Source of the DNA: Candidatus Magasanikiibacteriota bacterium | GTDB taxonomy: Bacteria; Patescibacteriota; Patescibacteriia; Magasanikbacterales; UBA922 | Direction of reading: 5' to 3' | DNA: 64,000 nucleotides | Assembly: GCA_052034405.1 (NCBI GenBank) | Contig: JBPOIO010000004.1 | Location: 64,751 to 128,750, forward strand | In this document: positions 60,256 to 64,000 of the stretch, piece after piece | How positions within the stretch are numbered: the first letter of the stretch is position 1 | Layout of the letters: the number at the start of each line of letters is the position of its first letter | Notes under the pieces: model-generated | The model's input: only the letters and a program-made list of their open reading frames with translations | What the model was told of the DNA's origin: nothing | Databases searched by the model: none | Translations under genes and position numbers: made by a program

Positions 60256-61086
60256 TTATCTACTTGCGAGGTATTTTTCTACCGCTGCGCGAGTGATTGG
60301 CCCAAAGTATCCTGTTGAAGGAACTCCTGCTGGGAAAAATCCAAGTTTTTTGAGAGTATTTTGAAGTGCTACTACTTTTGGTCCGCGCATTCCAAAGTGC
60401 AAAGCTCCAACGATATCATCGGTACTTGGAGTTTCTGGAGCTGGAGTAGGAGCTGGTGTTGCAGGAGTATTCACACTTGCAAGGTATTTTTTTACAGCAG
60501 CTTCTGTCACAGGTCCCCAAAATCCAGTTGAAGGAAATCCTGCTGGAAAAAATCCAGCCTTTTTGAGAGCGTCTTGAAGCATTTTTACTTTTTCACTACG
60601 CTCACCACGGCGAGTTTCAGCGAGCAATCCATCAATATCAGTGATTTTTTCACCCAAAACTTCTTGTGGAGCAGCATTCAAATTGATTGAATCTGCCAAA
60701 ACTGGTGAGTTATTATTACTATTTGGGCGGAAAAATTTTACATACACTGTTTTCACCCCAGCACCTTCAGATAAAGTCCAAGGGAGAGAAGATTGATATG
60801 GAATTACTGTTGTATCAGCAAAATCTGGAGTATTTGAGATTGCCATTCCACTTGCATCTTTTCCACCTTCGAGATGAAGCATAACATTTGTAGATGCAGT
60901 ACTCTCGGCATCGTTATTGATAATCACATGAAGTGAAAGGTCAGGACGAGGAGCTCCACCACCTCCACCACCACGATGTCCACCACCTTCACCTCCACCA
61001 CCATAACCAAAAGCATGGCCAAATCCGACCAAAGAGAGTGCAACTGCCGCAGTTGCTACCAAACCAGTTTTGAGAAACTTGTTCAT
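60256..61086 (-). CDS. Secreted protein with Gly-rich linker, small beta domain and two peptidoglycan-binding domains
   Basis: Signal peptide ending AFG; two V-x-x-LQ-x-x-LKK-x-GFFP...STG(F/Y)(W/F)GP-x-T-x-AAV repeats. Confidence 0.88.
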   Translation of the reverse strand: MNKFLKTGLVATAAVALSLVGFGHAFGYGGGGEGGGHRGGGGGGAPRPDLSLHVIINNDAESTASTNVMLHLEGGKDASGMAISNTPDFADTTVIPYQSSLPWTLSEGAGVKTVYVKFFRPNSNNNSPVLADSINLNAAPQEVLGEKITDIDGLLAETRRGERSEKVKMLQDALKKAGFFPAGFPSTGFWGPVTEAAVKKYLASVNTPATPAPTPAPETPSTDDIVGALHFGMRGPKVVALQNTLKKLGFFPAGVPSTGYFGPITRAAVEKYLASR

Positions 61087-61218
61087 AAATAAAGATAAAA
61101 CTATAATAAATAACTTAAGAATCTAGAGGATAGTACTATAGGAGGGCCTATGCTGTCAAGAAAGTATTTTTGCCAGGCAATAGCTTTTGTGATAGTCTAG
61201 AATAAAAGAAAAATTTTT

Positions 61219-62727
61219 ATGCTCAAAAAACAAAAAAATAAACTTTATTTAGTGACTTTTGTCTTTGTTTTGGCAGGAATATTTTTTCGACTTTCCAATC
61301 TGAGTACTGCCCCCTATTGGATGGACGAAGGCTATACCGTCAATGCCATAGATTCACAGATTCGCAATGGAACAGAAAATTTTGCCGCCAAGCTTGACTC
61401 TGGCGAAACATATTTTTGCCCACTTTACTGCAGCCCTACAGCCAAAATTGTACAGTGGTCAAATCAAGACCCCGCAGCCTACCGAATTCTTTCGGTTTTC
61501 TTTGGACTTCTTTTTATTCCACTCGTATATTTTTTCACCCAAAAATTTTTCAAAAACACCTCTCTCTCCGTCCTTTCTACATTTTTTACAACTTTTTCTT
61601 ACTGGCAAATCGCCTGGTCACGCCAAGCACGTTGGTATACCGAGCTTGAATTTTTCTTTTGGGCTGCGCTTTTTCTTTTTTATCTTTTTCTCCAAGCAAC
61701 CAAAAACAAAGAAAAATATATCTATTTGGGCAGTAGTATTGTCGTGACACTGCTCGCTATTGTCACGCATAGACTCGCATACATGCTCCCTATCGTAATG
61801 TTGATTTGGTACGCCATTGAAAAAAAGCCCAGCAAAAAACAAATTGTCATTGGAAGCGCAATAAGCGTCGCAGTTCTGCTCATTGCCGAGTTTGGCCTAG
61901 GGCTTCACTTTGTGTCTCATGCTCTCAAAAACGTTTCGTTTCACTACATTCTCCCCTACTATCTCAATTTTTATATACGAAATTATTGGATGTTCCTACT
62001 CCTTGGACTCTACGGATATTTCAATGTACAAAAAGAAATACAAAAAAAGATTTGGATGCTGGCCACACCATTTATCGTCTATCTTTTTTTCTTATCATTT
62101 TTCACAGAGATCGTACACTATAGATACCTTTTTCATACAACAGTCGCCATGTATATCATTGGCAGTATTGGAATAATTGACACTCTTGCAAAAATCGCAA
62201 ACAAACAAAAACGTTTTTGGATCGTATTTGCAATATTTGGAATATTTTTTGCGACAGGTCATGGAGTAGCCACACAGCGAAATTTTTATCTTCTTGAAGC
62301 AGACGATCCGAGTGTCATGAACCGCCCCTACTATGCCTATACACCACAACCAAATTTCAACACTGCCTACGCAGCGATAAGAGCCGAAAAAAAGCCCGAG
62401 GATATTGTAATTTCGAGCCACCCACATTTTAACAAAATATTTTTGAATACAGCGGGATACTGGCTCAAATACAATTACCTCGGAATGGAAGATACAAATA
62501 AAACAATCACAAACAACAAAGAATATTATGTCGGCGCAAACGTGGTGAACAATCTGAATGAACTCAAAACTTTGATCGAGACAAATCACGGATATATCAT
62601 CTACGACTACATGGCCCGAGATGGCAAAATTTCACCAGAAATAACAAGCTATATTCAAAATAATCTCCAGCAATTTTACTTCGACGAAACAAATAGCTAT
62701 TCCAAAATTTGGGTGTATCGATTTTAG
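61219..62727 (+). CDS. ArnT/PMT-like (GT-C, GT39/83) membrane glycosyltransferase
   Basis: W-x-DE after TM1, R-x-LSV-x-FG, WSRQARWY; multiple TM helices. Confidence 0.85.
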   Translation: MLKKQKNKLYLVTFVFVLAGIFFRLSNLSTAPYWMDEGYTVNAIDSQIRNGTENFAAKLDSGETYFCPLYCSPTAKIVQWSNQDPAAYRILSVFFGLLFIPLVYFFTQKFFKNTSLSVLSTFFTTFSYWQIAWSRQARWYTELEFFFWAALFLFYLFLQATKNKEKYIYLGSSIVVTLLAIVTHRLAYMLPIVMLIWYAIEKKPSKKQIVIGSAISVAVLLIAEFGLGLHFVSHALKNVSFHYILPYYLNFYIRNYWMFLLLGLYGYFNVQKEIQKKIWMLATPFIVYLFFLSFFTEIVHYRYLFHTTVAMYIIGSIGIIDTLAKIANKQKRFWIVFAIFGIFFATGHGVATQRNFYLLEADDPSVMNRPYYAYTPQPNFNTAYAAIRAEKKPEDIVISSHPHFNKIFLNTAGYWLKYNYLGMEDTNKTITNNKEYYVGANVVNNLNELKTLIETNHGYIIYDYMARDGKISPEITSYIQNNLQQFYFDETNSYSKIWVYRF

Positions 62728-62794
62728 AGAAATCTTTCCAGCGAAAACAAAAGGAATATGCATTTTTTGCACATTCCTTTTTTAATGAAATAGA

Positions 62795-63115
62795 CTAAAC
62801 AATCTTCACACCTTCTTTTTTTATTTCTTCAGCAAGAATTGAAGCACTATTTTTTTTGAAATCATCTTTGGAAAGAAGAATTGGTTCGAGACGGCTATCC
62901 ACTTCAACCGCCATTTCCCACAGCTGCATTTTTTGTTTCAAATATTTTTTGTCTCTTTTCCCTTTTGTCACTACAGCTACATCAATATCACTATTTTTTG
63001 TTGCTTTGCCTGTAGCATAAGAGCCAAACATATATATTTCAGCAAACACAAAATCACTCTTTTTCAAGAGACTTGCATATCTTTTTACAATTAATTTTGC
63101 TTCAGATTTTGACAT
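62795..63115 (-). CDS. Minimal nucleotidyltransferase (MNT) domain protein
   Basis: YMFGSYATG...SDIDVAVV. Confidence 0.9.
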   Translation of the reverse strand: MSKSEAKLIVKRYASLLKKSDFVFAEIYMFGSYATGKATKNSDIDVAVVTKGKRDKKYLKQKMQLWEMAVEVDSRLEPILLSKDDFKKNSASILAEEIKKEGVKIV

Positions 63116-63498
63116 AACTTTTTATAAATAGCTTTTATACCTTTGTAATATGCATCCGTAAATTTTTTATTACACATTTTGTAAAAAGCAAACTTGACGT
63201 CAGGGTACCTTGCTTCCATATTGAACTCATTTACTTTTGCCAAAAATTTTATTTCTTCAGTAGACAATTCCAGATCGGTCAATTCAACCAGACGTGAAAG
63301 ATTATGTATTTTCGGAGCATTGTCCTTTGTATTCTCCACAACAAAAGACTTCAAAATACATTCCAAGGCTAAATGACCAAAGAAAAGACAGTCCGAATAC
63401 TTTTTGCTTTTATAAAGAGTCTCCATTACTTCTACCTTTTGTTTCGAATTTTCTTGCCAGTATGATATAAACTGTTTCCTTTGAAGAGTGGAAAGCAT
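63091..63498 (-). CDS. HEPN domain protein
   Basis: LFFGHLALECILK, PKIHNL, EARYPD; overlaps the MNT start. Confidence 0.9.
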   Translation of the reverse strand: MLSTLQRKQFISYWQENSKQKVEVMETLYKSKKYSDCLFFGHLALECILKSFVVENTKDNAPKIHNLSRLVELTDLELSTEEIKFLAKVNEFNMEARYPDVKFAFYKMCNKKFTDAYYKGIKAIYKKLCQNLKQN

Positions 63499-63525
63499 AG
63501 TATATATTAGCTTAAATATAACAAT

Positions 63526-64000
63526 TTATTCGCAAAAAATCAAATTTTGAACTATCCGATTTTTCCACTCATCCGTCAACTCCTCACGAATTTCAATCCC
63601 TCGCATTCTTTTTTCAATCCAAGCCTCTGAGTATCCTTTTTGCTTGTACAGTTCCCGTGTGCGCTTTGTAGCGAGCTCTGGATCCTCAATTTCCTGGATG
63701 CGTTCATACCCGACCTTGGCAAGCCAGAGTTTGAATGGCTCGGCTTTGGGTGAAGGGATAGACTGAATAATACGAAATATACCTTCTGTGTTAGCACAAT
63801 TCATTTTTTGTTTACCGCCTTTTGTGATAACTTCAAGGGTGTGGACAAATTGTCCATACCCTTTTGATAACTCCGGATCTCGAAGGCGCATTTTATTTAT
63901 ATAGTCTTTTACGTTTGCGCTATCAATAAGCGCCAAAACTACATCCTCCACTACAAACCACCACTCCCCACCATGAAACACCTTGCGAATCTCGGCGCCA
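63526..64000 (-). pseudogene. Bro-N domain (phage antirepressor-like) protein; 5' end outside window, 3' end apparently truncated
   Basis: ...EIRKVFHGGEWWFVVEDVV...RIIQSIPSPKAEPFKLWLAKVGYERI-x-EIEDPEL...ELTDEWKNR, then an abrupt unrelated tail and stop. Confidence 0.65.

Overview
Core-genome window of an AT-rich Patescibacteria (CPR) bacterium, most likely Parcubacteria/ABY1. This placement is inferred from the absence of rpmD in the spc cluster, a stand-alone 16S rRNA gene with the GTGCCAGCAGCAGCGG variant of the 515F site, and CPR-type surface proteins. Contents: uvrD/pcrA (partial), tgt and queA, malic enzyme, a GT4-GT4-WcaJ cluster, RNase P RNA, tRNA-Leu(GAG), bactofilin, a valS-tyrS-argS cluster, lexA, two tandem gpmI, tuf-rpsJ and the S10/spc ribosomal protein clusters, an unlinked 16S rRNA, trmD, a 4057-aa repetitive surface protein, aspS, secreted/peptidoglycan-binding proteins, a GT39-like glycosyltransferase, a HEPN-MNT pair and a truncated Bro-N gene. 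Most notable unannotated signals: (1) a Val-rich 18-aa leader peptide with overlapping antiterminator/terminator hairpins upstream of valS, i.e. a candidate ribosome-mediated attenuator; (2) three GC-rich, Shine-Dalgarno-led, self-contained orphan cassettes with structured RNA flanks, in a genome whose core genes mostly lack an obvious SD; (3) a structured leader with an internal terminator upstream of rplC; (4) the modular giant surface protein; (5) in-frame stops in rplE and a kinase-like gene, which are probably sequence errors or mutations rather than recoding. All RNA structures were paired by eye and no database searches were run.
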